From Acidimicrobiales bacterium (lineage in GTDB: Bacteria; Actinomycetota; Acidimicrobiia; Acidimicrobiales; Microtrichaceae): a DNA stretch of 64,000 nucleotides. The notes under the pieces were generated by a model that was given only the letters and a program-made list of their open reading frames with translations, was not told the origin of the DNA and searched no databases. Shown here piece after piece: positions 8,672-18,633 of the stretch. A program made the translations under genes and the position numbers. The stretch is taken from assembly GCA_046331245.1 (NCBI GenBank), contig JAXLRH010000002.1, forward strand, positions 402,587 to 466,586. Reading direction: 5' to 3'. Each line of letters opens with the position of its first letter. Positions within the stretch are counted from its first letter, which is position 1.

Positions 8672-9181
8672 CTAGAAGAGCTGCTCCTGCACCGTGCCGG
8701 CGGCCGCGGCCGGCGGCTCGTGAACGGTGGACGCATCGGCGAACCCACCGCCCGACGCGCCGCGCCCGAGACGTGAGGCCTCGACGGCCAGCCGGTCGAC
8801 GAGCTGGTTCATCCGATCGGTCGAGTGACCCTTCACCCACGTGAAGCGAACGTCGCCGCGACCGAGCACGAGATCGATGAACGGCTCCCAGAGGTCGCGG
8901 TTCGCCACCGCCTGCTTCTGGGAGTTGCGCCATCCCTTCGCCCGCCAGCCGCGGTGCCACTGCTGGTTGAAGCAGTTGACGACGTAGGTGGAGTCGCTGC
9001 GCACCTCGAGCGGGCCGTCGAGCGCGTGCACCGCCCGGAACGCCGCCATCACCTCCATGCGCTGGTTCGTGCTGGCCGGGTCGAACCCCGACGCGAACCG
9101 CTCCTCGTCCATCGCCCACGCCCAGCCACCGGGCCCCGGGTTCCCGCGACACGCTCCGTCGGTGTACACCACGCGAACCAT
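8672..9181 (-). CDS. rnhA: ribonuclease HI
   Basis: 169 aa, MVRVVYTDGACRGNPGPGGWAWA... with the RNase H DEDD catalytic residues. The 1347-aa ORF-table frame upstream of it is the antisense shadow of aceE. Confidence 0.85.
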   Translation of the reverse strand: MVRVVYTDGACRGNPGPGGWAWAMDEERFASGFDPASTNQRMEVMAAFRAVHALDGPLEVRSDSTYVVNCFNQQWHRGWRAKGWRNSQKQAVANRDLWEPFIDLVLGRGDVRFTWVKGHSTDRMNQLVDRLAVEASRLGRGASGGGFADASTVHEPPAAAAGTVQEQLF

Positions 9182-9219
9182 CGGCGGGGAGGCTAACCGT
9201 AGAGTGGACGCAGACGCCC

Positions 9220-9245
9220 ACATCGACAGCGCGACATCGACAGCG
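9220..9245. promoter_or_regulatory. tandem direct repeat ACATCGACAGCG x2 abutting the aceE RBS
   Basis: Two identical 12-mers 2 nt apart. They are directly followed by GGAGG and the aceE ATG at 9260. Confidence 0.35.
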
Positions 9246-9259
9246 GAGGTTCCCCACCC

Positions 9260-11968
9260 ATGACCGACGACGGTTTCCTCCAGCAGCTGCCCGACGTCGA
9301 TCCGGCCGAGACCGCCGAGTGGGTCGACTCGCTGGAGGCCGTGGCCCAGCAGCGGGGCAAGCCCCGGGCCAGCTTCCTCCTCGGCCGCCTCGAGTCGCGT
9401 GCCAGCCAGCTCGGCATCGACAACTCGGGCCTCGTCACCACGCCGTACCTCAACACCATCGCGCCGTCGCAGCAGCCCTGGTTCCCCGGCGACGAGGACA
9501 TCGAGCGGCGCATCCGAGCGTTCATCCGGTGGAACGCGGTCGCGATGGTCATCCGCGCCAACCACGCCGCCGACGGCATCGGCGGCCACCTGTCGACGTT
9601 CGCCAGCTCCGCAGCCCTGTACGACGTCGGCTTCAACCACTTCTTCCAGGGCAAGGACGACGGCAACGCCGGCGACCACATCTACATCCAGGGCCACGCC
9701 GCTCCCGGCATCTACGCCCGGGCGTTCCTCGAGGGCCGCCTCGACGAGCAGCAGCTCGACCGGTTTCGCCGCGAGATCGGGGGCACCGGCCTCACGAGCT
9801 ACCCGCACCCGCGCCTCATGCCGGACTTCTGGGAGTTCCCCACCGTGTCGATGGGGCTCGGTCCGATCAACTCGATCTACCAGGCCCGCTTCAACCGCTA
9901 CCTCCACAACCGCCGCATCGACGCCACCGACGCGTCGCGCGTCTGGTGCTTCGTCGGCGACGGCGAGACCGACGAGCCCGAGACGCTCGGATCGATCGCG
10001 CTGGCCGGGCGCGAGGGTCTCGACAACCTCACGTGGGTCGTGAACTGCAACCTGCAACGCCTCGACGGCCCGGTGCGCGGCAACGGCAAGATCATCCAGG
10101 AGCTCGAAGGCGTGTTCCGCGGCGCCGGGTGGAACGTGGTGAAGGTGATCTGGGGCACGCCCTGGGACGAGCTCATCGCCAAGGACATCGACGGCGCGCT
10201 CGTCGCCCAGATGAACAACACCGTCGACGGCCAGTTCCAGCGCTATGCCGTCGAGGACGGCGGCTACGCGCGGGAGCACTTCTTCGGGCCCGACCCGCGC
10301 CTGCGCAAGCTCGTCGAGCACCTGAGCGACGAGGACATCGCCGCGCTCCCCCGTGGCGGCCACGACTACCGCAAGCTCTACGCCGCCTATCACTACGCCA
10401 CCCACAACTCCACGGGCCGGCCCACGGTCATCCTCGCCAAGACGATCAAGGGGTGGACCCTCGGCAGCGAGGTGATGGGTCGCAACGCCACCCACCAGAT
10501 CAAGAAGATGACGGGCGTGCAGCTGCAGACGCTGCGCGACCGGCTGCACCTCGGCGACCTCATCAGCGACGCCGATCTCGCCGACGGCGAGCCCCCGTTC
10601 GTGCGGCCACCGGACGGCTCGCCGGAGCAGGAGTACCTGTACGCCCGCCGGCGGGCGCTGGGCGGGGCGATCCCGAGCCGGCGCACCACGGCTCGCCGCC
10701 CGATGAGCCAACCCGACCCGGCGACCTTCGCCGAGCTCCTCGCGGGCTCCGGCGGTCAACCCGCCTCCACCACGACCGCGTTCACGCGACTCCTGCGCAA
10801 CCTCGCCCGCGACCCCAACATCGGCGACCGCATCGTGCCGATCGTTCCCGACGAGGCCCGCACGTTCGGCATGGACTCGCTCTTCCGCGAGCTCAAGATC
10901 TACGCGGCGCAGGGACAGAAGTACGAGCCGGTCGACCACCACCTGCTGCTGTCGTACGCCGAGTCCGCCGACGGTCAGATCCTCGAGGAGGGCATCACCG
11001 AGGCCGGCTCGATGGCGTCGTGGACCGCGGCGGCGACCAGTTACGCCGTGCGCGGGGTCCCGATGGTGCCGTTCTTCACCTTCTATTCGATGTTCGGCTT
11101 CCAGCGCGTCGGCGATCTCATCTGGGCGGCCGCCGACGCCCGGGCGCGCGGGTTCCTGCTCGGCGCGACCGCGGGACGCACGACGCTGATGGGCGAGGGC
11201 CTCCAGCACCAGGACGGCCACAGTCTGGTGCTCGCCTCGACCGTTCCGGCGTGCCGCGCCTACGACCCGGCGTTCGCCTACGAGATGGCGATCCTCGTGC
11301 GCGACGGCATCGAGCGGATGTATGGACGCGGCGAGGACGCGTTCTACTACCTGACCCTCTACAACGAGAACTACCCCATGCCCGCGATGCCCGAGGGCAG
11401 CCATCCCGACGAGGTGGCGCAGGGTGTGGTGGACGGGCTCTACCGATGGCTGCCGTCCCCCGGGGACCACGCGCACTCGGCCACGATCCTGTTCTCCGGC
11501 ACGGCGTGGAGCGCGGCGGCCGAGGCGCGCGACGTGCTCGCCGCCGACTACGACGTCGGCGTGGAGCTCTGGAGCGCCACCTCCTACAAGACCCTGCGGG
11601 AGGACGCGCTCGAGGCCGAGCGGTGGAACCGCCTCCACCCCACCGGAGCGAAGCGGGTGCCGATGGTGACGTCGCTGCTGGAGCAGTCCAGCGGACCCAT
11701 CGTCGCCGTCACCGACTTCATGCGCGCCGTTCCCGACCAGGTGTCGCGGTGGTCGCCGCGACCGTGGACCTCGCTCGGCACCGACGGCTTCGGCCGCTCC
11801 GACGACCGCGCCGCGCTCCGCCGCCACTTCGAGACGGACGCGCCCAACGTGGTCGTCTCGGTGCTCGGTCAGCTCGCCGAGGCCGGCGAGATCGACGCCG
11901 ACATCGTGCAGAAGGCCATCGACCGCTTCGGCATCGACGCCGACGCCCGCTCCCCCTGGACCGACTGA
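9260..11968 (+). CDS. aceE: pyruvate dehydrogenase E1 component (homodimeric type)
   Basis: 902 aa. The ThDP-binding and transketolase-like domains are colinear with AceE. Confidence 0.93.
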   Translation: MTDDGFLQQLPDVDPAETAEWVDSLEAVAQQRGKPRASFLLGRLESRASQLGIDNSGLVTTPYLNTIAPSQQPWFPGDEDIERRIRAFIRWNAVAMVIRANHAADGIGGHLSTFASSAALYDVGFNHFFQGKDDGNAGDHIYIQGHAAPGIYARAFLEGRLDEQQLDRFRREIGGTGLTSYPHPRLMPDFWEFPTVSMGLGPINSIYQARFNRYLHNRRIDATDASRVWCFVGDGETDEPETLGSIALAGREGLDNLTWVVNCNLQRLDGPVRGNGKIIQELEGVFRGAGWNVVKVIWGTPWDELIAKDIDGALVAQMNNTVDGQFQRYAVEDGGYAREHFFGPDPRLRKLVEHLSDEDIAALPRGGHDYRKLYAAYHYATHNSTGRPTVILAKTIKGWTLGSEVMGRNATHQIKKMTGVQLQTLRDRLHLGDLISDADLADGEPPFVRPPDGSPEQEYLYARRRALGGAIPSRRTTARRPMSQPDPATFAELLAGSGGQPASTTTAFTRLLRNLARDPNIGDRIVPIVPDEARTFGMDSLFRELKIYAAQGQKYEPVDHHLLLSYAESADGQILEEGITEAGSMASWTAAATSYAVRGVPMVPFFTFYSMFGFQRVGDLIWAAADARARGFLLGATAGRTTLMGEGLQHQDGHSLVLASTVPACRAYDPAFAYEMAILVRDGIERMYGRGEDAFYYLTLYNENYPMPAMPEGSHPDEVAQGVVDGLYRWLPSPGDHAHSATILFSGTAWSAAAEARDVLAADYDVGVELWSATSYKTLREDALEAERWNRLHPTGAKRVPMVTSLLEQSSGPIVAVTDFMRAVPDQVSRWSPRPWTSLGTDGFGRSDDRAALRRHFETDAPNVVVSVLGQLAEAGEIDADIVQKAIDRFGIDADARSPWTD

Positions 11969-11977
11969 TGCCCGGAG

Positions 11978-12577
11978 ATGGCAGACTCTGACGCCATGGC
12001 GAAGGCGACCATCCCGATCACCAACACCCCCGAGGCGAACCAGCTGCTCGTCGACGATCCGCTCGCGCTCCTGCTCGGCATGCTCCTCGACCAGCAGGTC
12101 CCGATGGAGTGGGCGTTCCTCGGGCCGTACACGCTGCGCGAGCGCCTCGGCGGCACGCTCGACGCCCATGCGATCGCGGCGATGGGCCAGGACGACTTCG
12201 TCACCATCTGCTGCGACAAGCCGGCCATCCACCGCTTCCCCGGCTCGATGGGCAAGCGCATCTGGGAGACGTGCGCGTTCCTCGTCGAGCACTACGACGG
12301 CGACGCGGAGAAGATCTGGAAGGGCGTGAAGTCCGGCGACGAGCTGTACCGCAGGCTGCGCGAGCTGCCGGGCTACGGCGACGAGAAGGCCAAGATCTTC
12401 ATGGCCATCCTCGGCAAGCGCTTCGGCAAGAAGCCCGCCGGCTGGGAGACCGCTGCCGCGCCGTTCAGCGACGAGCAGCCCCGCTCGGTCGCGGACGTGG
12501 CCGACGCCGAGACGCTGGCGCAGGTCCGCGAGTGGAAGAAGGCGAAGAAGGCGGCCAAGAAGTCCAAGCAGGACTGA
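11978..12577 (+). CDS. HhH-GPD family protein (uncharacterised base-excision-repair-like, actinobacterial type)
   Basis: 199 aa with an HhH-GPD-like core and a Lys-rich tail KKAKKAAKKSKQD. Confidence 0.65.
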   Translation: MADSDAMAKATIPITNTPEANQLLVDDPLALLLGMLLDQQVPMEWAFLGPYTLRERLGGTLDAHAIAAMGQDDFVTICCDKPAIHRFPGSMGKRIWETCAFLVEHYDGDAEKIWKGVKSGDELYRRLRELPGYGDEKAKIFMAILGKRFGKKPAGWETAAAPFSDEQPRSVADVADAETLAQVREWKKAKKAAKKSKQD

Positions 12578-12578
12578 G

Positions 12579-13766
12579 TTGGCCACACCGTCGAACGGGG
12601 TGCGCCTCACCGCATGGGGCGTGGTCGCCCTCGCGGTGGCGGTGATCCGCAACCAGCTGTGGGCCTCGCCCAACCTCGCGTTCTTCACGGCGATCTCGAC
12701 GCACCTCGGCAGCAATCCGTTCGGGCACGGCGTCGACGGCGACTACCTGCTCACGAACCTGCTCGGACCGACCATCGCCCGCGCACTCGGCCAGACCCAA
12801 CCCCACGAGTACGCCCGACTCCACGTCGTGCTGCTCGTCGTCGGCCTCGCGCTCGTCGTGGCCGCGGTGTACCGGCGCTTCGGCTACTCGCCCGCCCGGC
12901 TCCTGTGCATCCTTCTCGCCGCGGCGCCGGTCACGACGGTGGCGATGGAGTGGCTGGGCCAGCCCGACGCGCTCACCCTCCCCCTGGCACTCGGCATCGT
13001 GATCGCCCGGCGACGGACCAGCGTGGCGCTGCTCGCCGTGCTCATCGGGCTCAACCACGCCGAGCAGGGCGTGATGATCGCCGGCATCGGCGCCGTCGTC
13101 GCCACCGTGATCGGCGACGAGCCGGGCACCGAGACGACCGCCGACGCTCGGGGATTCGCCCGCCGCGCCCTCCCCCACCTCGCCACGATGCTCGGCGGAG
13201 TCGTCGTCGGCCGTCTGCTCGTCGAGGCCTACCTTCGCCTCGAGGACATCGTCGTCACGAAGCCCCGCACTGCCTATCTCGACCTCGGCGTGAGCGGCTT
13301 CGTCCACCACCACCTCCAGTCGCCGTGGCTGCTGTACAGCCTCCTCGGACCCCTGTGGGCGCTCGCGATCGTGGTGGCCGTCCGCTGCCTGCGACGCGAC
13401 CCCGCGATGGAGCGACGGTCGTGGGGACTCCTCGGGATCGCGCTGGCGGCGGCGGTCCTGCCGATGCTCGTGACCCTGGACGAGACGCGGGTGTACGGCC
13501 TGATCACCGCACCCGTCCTGGTGGGGGCAGCTGTGCTGGCGAGCCGCGCCACCTGGCCCGCGTGGCTCGCGTCTCCACGGCTCCTCCTCGTCGGAACCGT
13601 GCTGCTCGCGGCGGCGCCGGGCATGTTCAACGCGGGCGAGTCGTACTGGGCGCCGGCGCTGCACCCCCGCGAGTTCGCCCGGTTCCTGGTGGACGGCTCG
13701 CACCCGGGCGATCTCACCACCTGGCTCCTGCAGCCGTTCGGCTTCCGGGTGCCCACTGCCAAGTAG
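12579..13766 (+). CDS. integral membrane protein of unknown function
   Basis: 395 aa, about 10 predicted hydrophobic helices. TTG start 1 nt after the upstream stop. Confidence 0.55.
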   Translation: MATPSNGVRLTAWGVVALAVAVIRNQLWASPNLAFFTAISTHLGSNPFGHGVDGDYLLTNLLGPTIARALGQTQPHEYARLHVVLLVVGLALVVAAVYRRFGYSPARLLCILLAAAPVTTVAMEWLGQPDALTLPLALGIVIARRRTSVALLAVLIGLNHAEQGVMIAGIGAVVATVIGDEPGTETTADARGFARRALPHLATMLGGVVVGRLLVEAYLRLEDIVVTKPRTAYLDLGVSGFVHHHLQSPWLLYSLLGPLWALAIVVAVRCLRRDPAMERRSWGLLGIALAAAVLPMLVTLDETRVYGLITAPVLVGAAVLASRATWPAWLASPRLLLVGTVLLAAAPGMFNAGESYWAPALHPREFARFLVDGSHPGDLTTWLLQPFGFRVPTAK

Positions 13767-13778
13767 CCGCCGGCCGGG

Positions 13779-15014
13779 TCAGGTCGCCGGCAGCTCGACC
13801 ACGTCGGCGATGTCGTCGGACGGCGCCGCCGCGAGGTGCAGGGTGTCGCGGGTGCCCCGTGCGCCGGGTCGCGACTGGAGCCGGTACCAGAGTCCGTCGG
13901 GCCCGATCACGACGCGCACGCCCTTCGGCATGCCGAGGCTGTCGTAGTTGAGGGCCACCGAGCGCTTCGGCACGCCGAGCTCCACCAGCTGATCGCGACC
14001 GGCGGCGAGGCGCACCTGGTCGATCGACCACGAGTCCTCGTCAGCCACGACGTCGACACCCGTGTCGCCGCCGAGCCGCCACGCCTCGGCCCACGCCTGC
14101 AGGGTGGGCACCGACAGACGCGACCGGGTCGCGAGATTCGTGAGATCGACGCGACCGGCGGCGACAGCACGTCGGGCGAGGTCGCCGCGCACGCTCCCCA
14201 CCAGACCCGACGGCTGGCCGTCCACGAGCAGCAGCCAGGCCCGCTCGGTGGCGTCAACGGCCAGCTCGTCGACGCGGCGGGGGTCGATGCGGTCTCCCTC
14301 GGTCACGTGTGCCTCCCACGGCAGCGGGCGACCGGGGTGTGCCGGCGCGGCGGCCGTCGACGCGAGCGCGGCCGGCATCGCGATCGGCGGCGCGACCTCG
14401 CTCTCGCCGAGCTCGCGGTCGCCCCAGGCCGCGGCGGCCGGCACCCCGAGCGCGCCGGAGCCGTCGGTCGCCGCCGGCGTGCCTCGCCGCCGTGACCGCA
14501 CCATCGCGACCAGCTCGTCGCGGTCGATCCCACGGAGCAGGAACAGGAGGAACGGGTCGCGGTCGAGCTCCGCGGCAACGAGATAGCACACCGCCGACGC
14601 GTGCTTGCAGGGCTCCGCCCAGTCGGGGCAGGTGCAGTGCGGCCGCAGGTCGCCCGGACCCGGGAGGAGCTCGACGCCGGCGGACCGCACGTCGTCGACG
14701 ATGGCCGGGTCGAGCTCGCCGTCGGCGAGCGCCGCGCTGTGCGCCGACTTGGCGGCGAGCGCGTCGGCCACGCGCTCCCACGCCGCGGCCGGGATCGTCC
14801 GGACGGCGACGTCGGTCGTGTAGTAGCGACCGTACGACCCGGTGACGGTCGCGCGCACCCGGCCGGGCTCGACCATCAGCGCGCCGACGGCGCCGCGACG
14901 GGCGTACGACCGACCCCGGCCCAGCCGGCTCGGGTCGAGGCGCGCCGACCGCTCGAGCGCGTCGAGCCACGCCTGGCCCCACCACGACGACGAGAACACG
15001 AGCTTCGACGCCAT
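13779..15014 (-). CDS. SWIM zinc-finger protein (partner of SNF2 helicase)
   Basis: Starts MASKLVFSSSWWGQAWLDALE. SWIM motif HCTCPDWAEPCKHASAVCY. The ATG overlaps the helicase TGA (ATGA). Confidence 0.8.
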   Translation of the reverse strand: MASKLVFSSSWWGQAWLDALERSARLDPSRLGRGRSYARRGAVGALMVEPGRVRATVTGSYGRYYTTDVAVRTIPAAAWERVADALAAKSAHSAALADGELDPAIVDDVRSAGVELLPGPGDLRPHCTCPDWAEPCKHASAVCYLVAAELDRDPFLLFLLRGIDRDELVAMVRSRRRGTPAATDGSGALGVPAAAAWGDRELGESEVAPPIAMPAALASTAAAPAHPGRPLPWEAHVTEGDRIDPRRVDELAVDATERAWLLLVDGQPSGLVGSVRGDLARRAVAAGRVDLTNLATRSRLSVPTLQAWAEAWRLGGDTGVDVVADEDSWSIDQVRLAAGRDQLVELGVPKRSVALNYDSLGMPKGVRVVIGPDGLWYRLQSRPGARGTRDTLHLAAAPSDDIADVVELPAT

Positions 15015-17809
15015 CAGCGGTCCTCCCCGAGCTGCACCAGCTGCGCGAGCTCGTCGTCGCCCAGCGTGGCGAGCCACGACTCGCCCGACCCGACCACCGC
15101 GTCGGCCAGCGCCTGCTTCTGCGAGAGCACGGCGGCGATCCGCTCCTCGAGCGTGCCCTCCGAGATCAGCTGGTGCACCTGCACCGGACGGTCCTGGCCG
15201 ATGCGCCACGCACGGTCCGAGGCCTGGTTCTCGACGGCGGGGTTCCACCACCGGTCGTAGTGCACGACGTGGGTCGCACGCGTGAGGTTGAGGCCGGTGC
15301 CACCGGCCTTCAGCGAGATCACGAACACGGGGAACTCGCCGGCCTGGAACCGGTCCACCATCGCCGTGCGCCGCTTCAGGGGCACCGAGCCGTCGAGCAT
15401 CTCCGACGCGATGCCGAGCTCGGCGAGCCGGGCCGTGAGCAGGCGACCCATGGCGACGTACTGCGTGAACACGAGCGTGGAGTCCTCGGCGTCGCAGATC
15501 GCGCCGATCAGCTCGTCGAAGGCCTCGAGCTTGCCGGAGCGCCCGGCGAGCGGGGCGGCCTGGTCGAGGTAGTGCGCCGGGTGGTTGCAGATCTGCTTCA
15601 GCGCGGTGAGCAGCTTGAGCACGAGGCCACGACGGGCGATGCCCTCGGTGCGCTGGATCCGGTCGAGGATCTCGTCGGTCGTCGCCCGGTAGAGTCCGGC
15701 CTGCTCGGGGGTGAGGAGCACGGGGTGCACGGTCTCGGTCTTCGGTGGCAGCTCGGGCGCGATGTCGGGATCGTCCTTGCGCCGGCGCAGGAGGAACGGG
15801 GCGATCATGCGGCCGAATCGTTCGGTGACCTCGTCGTCGTGATCGCGTTCGATCGGGATCGACACCCGCCGACGGAACGCGTCGACCGAGCCGAGGAGGC
15901 CCGGCGTCGTCCAGTCGAGGAGCGCCCACAGCTCGGTGAGCCGGTTCTCCACCGGCGTACCGGTGAGCGCGAGCCGCGCCGTCGACGGGATCTGCCGCAT
16001 CGCCTTCGCCGTGGACGAGTTCGGGTTCTTGATGTGCTGCGCCTCGTCCGCCACCACCAGCCCCCACCCGACGGTGGCCAGCGACTCGCGGTCGCGGCGC
16101 GCGAGGCCGTACGTCGTGACGACCACCTCGCCGGCCGCGACGTCGTCGAGCGTGCGCTCCATGCCGACGTAGGTGCGCACCCGGATCGACGGGGCGAACC
16201 GCTCGATCTCGCGCTGCCAGTTCGAGACCACCGACGCGGGACACACGACCAGCGTCGGGCCGGTCGTGGCGCCGATCTCGGCGCGATGGAGCAGCAGCGC
16301 GATCACCTGGATGGTCTTGCCGAGGCCCATGTCGTCGGCGAGGATCCCGCCGAACCCGAGCGCCGACATCTCCTGGATCCAGGCCACGCCCCGACGCTGA
16401 TACGGACGCAGCTCGGCCACGAGGCCGGCCGGGTCGGCGATCTCGTCGGGACGCGCCGCCTGCCGCAGGCGGTCGGCGAGCCGGGAGATCGGGCCGTGGA
16501 CGACCACGTCCACCACCTCGTCGTCGACGGTGACCGAGCCACCGAGCGCAGCGGACAGCGCGTCGGCCGACGTGAGACGGTCGCGCCGCGCCAGCTTCGC
16601 GACCACCGTCGGGTCGACCACCACCCACTCGTCGCGCACCTTCACGAGCGGACGCCGGGCCGCGGCGAGCGCCGCCAGCTCGTCGTCGCTCACTGGCGTG
16701 CCGTCGATGGTGGCCCGCCACGTGAGCTGGCACACCGAGGCGAGGTCGAACGCGCCGGGCGTGTCGCCCGCGCCCGGCGGCGGCTCGACGTGGGCCTCGG
16801 CCTTGAGCGTCCGGGTGAGGACGGTCGGCACCAGCACCTCGATGCCGGCGCCGGCGAGCTCGGTCGCCACCGCGCCGAACAGCTCCATCGCCTCGTCGTC
16901 CGCGAGCTCCAGGTGCTGGGGCTCGGACTGCTCGAGGAGCCGGCGCAGCGGCGGCCACACGCCCGACCCGCGCCGCAGGGCCCGCAGGAGGTCGGTCTCG
17001 GAGCTCGTCTCGAACCACGCGACCGTGCCGGACCACAGGTCGGCGACGTCGACGACCCGGGTCGGGTCGACGGCCGAGCGCAGCTGCAGGTCGCACGAGA
17101 ACGCCGACTCCTCGCCGTCGGGCAGGCGTAGCCGCAGGCCCACGATCGTGCGCTCGGCGTGATCGGAGCCGACGAGCAGCGACCGGAGCCGGGTGACGTC
17201 GTTTGGCTCCGCCGACGCCCACTCCCGCTGACCGATCGCGAGGGGGGCGGCGGGCGTGCGGGGGAACGCGTCGGCGATCGCCTGGTAGAACGCGACGACC
17301 GCCCGCTCCGCCGACAGCATCCGCACCGGCGGCCCCTCGCCGACCACGAGGCAGTGGGCAGCCGGGGGCAGCGACTCCACGAGGTGCGCCCGCAGCGCGC
17401 GGTCCTTCTCGCCCAGCGGAGTGATCACCCACTGGTCGACGCCCTCCGGCGAGATCGCCGGCTGCAGCCGGCCACGCGCGACGAGCGACAGGACGATCTT
17501 CGAGATCTGCGCCCAGGCGGCGAGCGACGCGCTCACCGGTGAGCCACCCACGGGCGACGAGCTGATGGACACCAGCTCGTCGACGACGAGCCCGACCTCC
17601 ACCGTGCGCGCCCGCACCGTGCGCCGACGTACGCCCCGCGCCGTCGGCCACACCAGCTCGACGTCGTCGACGCGCTCGTGGGGACCGCGCGCCACGACCG
17701 GGGTGCGGCGGTCGTCGGACCACAACGCGAGCCGGGTGGCGCGCGCCGGTGTGCCGGGCAGGATCGTGGCGTGGAGGTGCCCGGCCTCCAGTGCCGTTGG
17801 CGCGCCCAC
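15014..17809 (-). CDS. SNF2/RapA-family helicase (HelZ-like)
   Basis: 931 aa. Walker A LADDMGLGKT, DEAQ box (DExH-type), helicase C motifs ...QASDRAWRIGQ. Confidence 0.9.
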   Translation of the reverse strand: MGAPTALEAGHLHATILPGTPARATRLALWSDDRRTPVVARGPHERVDDVELVWPTARGVRRRTVRARTVEVGLVVDELVSISSSPVGGSPVSASLAAWAQISKIVLSLVARGRLQPAISPEGVDQWVITPLGEKDRALRAHLVESLPPAAHCLVVGEGPPVRMLSAERAVVAFYQAIADAFPRTPAAPLAIGQREWASAEPNDVTRLRSLLVGSDHAERTIVGLRLRLPDGEESAFSCDLQLRSAVDPTRVVDVADLWSGTVAWFETSSETDLLRALRRGSGVWPPLRRLLEQSEPQHLELADDEAMELFGAVATELAGAGIEVLVPTVLTRTLKAEAHVEPPPGAGDTPGAFDLASVCQLTWRATIDGTPVSDDELAALAAARRPLVKVRDEWVVVDPTVVAKLARRDRLTSADALSAALGGSVTVDDEVVDVVVHGPISRLADRLRQAARPDEIADPAGLVAELRPYQRRGVAWIQEMSALGFGGILADDMGLGKTIQVIALLLHRAEIGATTGPTLVVCPASVVSNWQREIERFAPSIRVRTYVGMERTLDDVAAGEVVVTTYGLARRDRESLATVGWGLVVADEAQHIKNPNSSTAKAMRQIPSTARLALTGTPVENRLTELWALLDWTTPGLLGSVDAFRRRVSIPIERDHDDEVTERFGRMIAPFLLRRRKDDPDIAPELPPKTETVHPVLLTPEQAGLYRATTDEILDRIQRTEGIARRGLVLKLLTALKQICNHPAHYLDQAAPLAGRSGKLEAFDELIGAICDAEDSTLVFTQYVAMGRLLTARLAELGIASEMLDGSVPLKRRTAMVDRFQAGEFPVFVISLKAGGTGLNLTRATHVVHYDRWWNPAVENQASDRAWRIGQDRPVQVHQLISEGTLEERIAAVLSQKQALADAVVGSGESWLATLGDDELAQLVQLGEDR

Positions 17810-17815
17810 GGCGGC

Positions 17816-18595
17816 TCAGTCCGCCCGGACGGACGCGTTGTGCTCGCGGCTCAGCCAGCCCAACAGCACCGCCACCGCACGGGGATCGTGACGCAGCTCG
17901 TGGCCACCGCCCCCGATGATGCGCAGCTCCGCCGAGCCGTGGGCGTCGGCCAGGACCCGCGCGTCGAGGCTCGGCACGAGGTCGTCGCTCTCGCCGTGCA
18001 TGATCAGCAGCGGTCGCGGCGCCAGCTTCGCAGCAGCGGCCACCGCCGTGAACTGACGGAACTCGGCCGCCCACGAGTCGAAGAGGACGGGGAACCCGGG
18101 CGTCTTGATCACGCCCACCTGGCGGGCGTGCTCGACGAGCCGCCGGGGATGGCGGGCCCAGTCGTCGAAGTCCGCCGGCGCGGCGATGGCCGCCACGCCG
18201 CGCACGTCGGGGTTGCGGGCCCCCTCCGAGATGCAGAGGGCGCCGCCGCTGCCGTAGCCGGCGAGCCACACGCCCGACACTCCCAGCCCGAGCAGGTGCT
18301 GCACGGCGGCGTGGATGTCGTCACGCCAGCCCGACATCGAGAAGTCGCCCTCCGACTGCCCGCAGCCACGGAAGTTGATCGTGAGCGCCGTCCACCCCAT
18401 CTCCGTGGCGATGCGGTCGGCGAGCTCGGGGAACGACTTGCCCGACGCCGGCGACTCCCGGCCGCGGACGGGGAAGCCGTGACAGAGGACGACGCCCGGG
18501 CCGGGCCCGTCCGGCGACGGCGGCGTGGCGAGATGGGCGGACAGCCGGAAACCATGGGACGTCAACGAGTAGTCCATGGTCGGGGTGTTCGCCAT
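17816..18595 (-). CDS. alpha/beta hydrolase (dienelactone-hydrolase-like)
   Basis: Start MANTPTMDYSL. Nucleophile elbow LAGYGSGGAL. Ends 6 nt upstream of the helicase start. Confidence 0.75.
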   Translation of the reverse strand: MANTPTMDYSLTSHGFRLSAHLATPPSPDGPGPGVVLCHGFPVRGRESPASGKSFPELADRIATEMGWTALTINFRGCGQSEGDFSMSGWRDDIHAAVQHLLGLGVSGVWLAGYGSGGALCISEGARNPDVRGVAAIAAPADFDDWARHPRRLVEHARQVGVIKTPGFPVLFDSWAAEFRQFTAVAAAAKLAPRPLLIMHGESDDLVPSLDARVLADAHGSAELRIIGGGGHELRHDPRAVAVLLGWLSREHNASVRAD

Positions 18596-18633
18596 GCGGC
18601 TCCCGGGTGCGTGGTCGGGGCGGAACGGAGCGG

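Noticed and set aside
8672-12715. 1347-aa minus-strand ORF spanning the whole aceE region
   Set aside because: Only the last 169 codons (rnhA) look like protein. The rest is Arg/Ala/Gly/Val-rich antisense of aceE, a typical stop-codon-poor shadow frame in high-GC DNA.
13779-18269. 1496-aa minus-strand ORF and several 200-900-aa plus-strand ORFs over the helicase region
   Set aside because: Different frames of the same GC-rich DNA. The SWIM (13779..15014) and SNF2 (15014..17809) genes account for the coding signal. The others have extreme Arg/Gly/Pro composition and no motifs.
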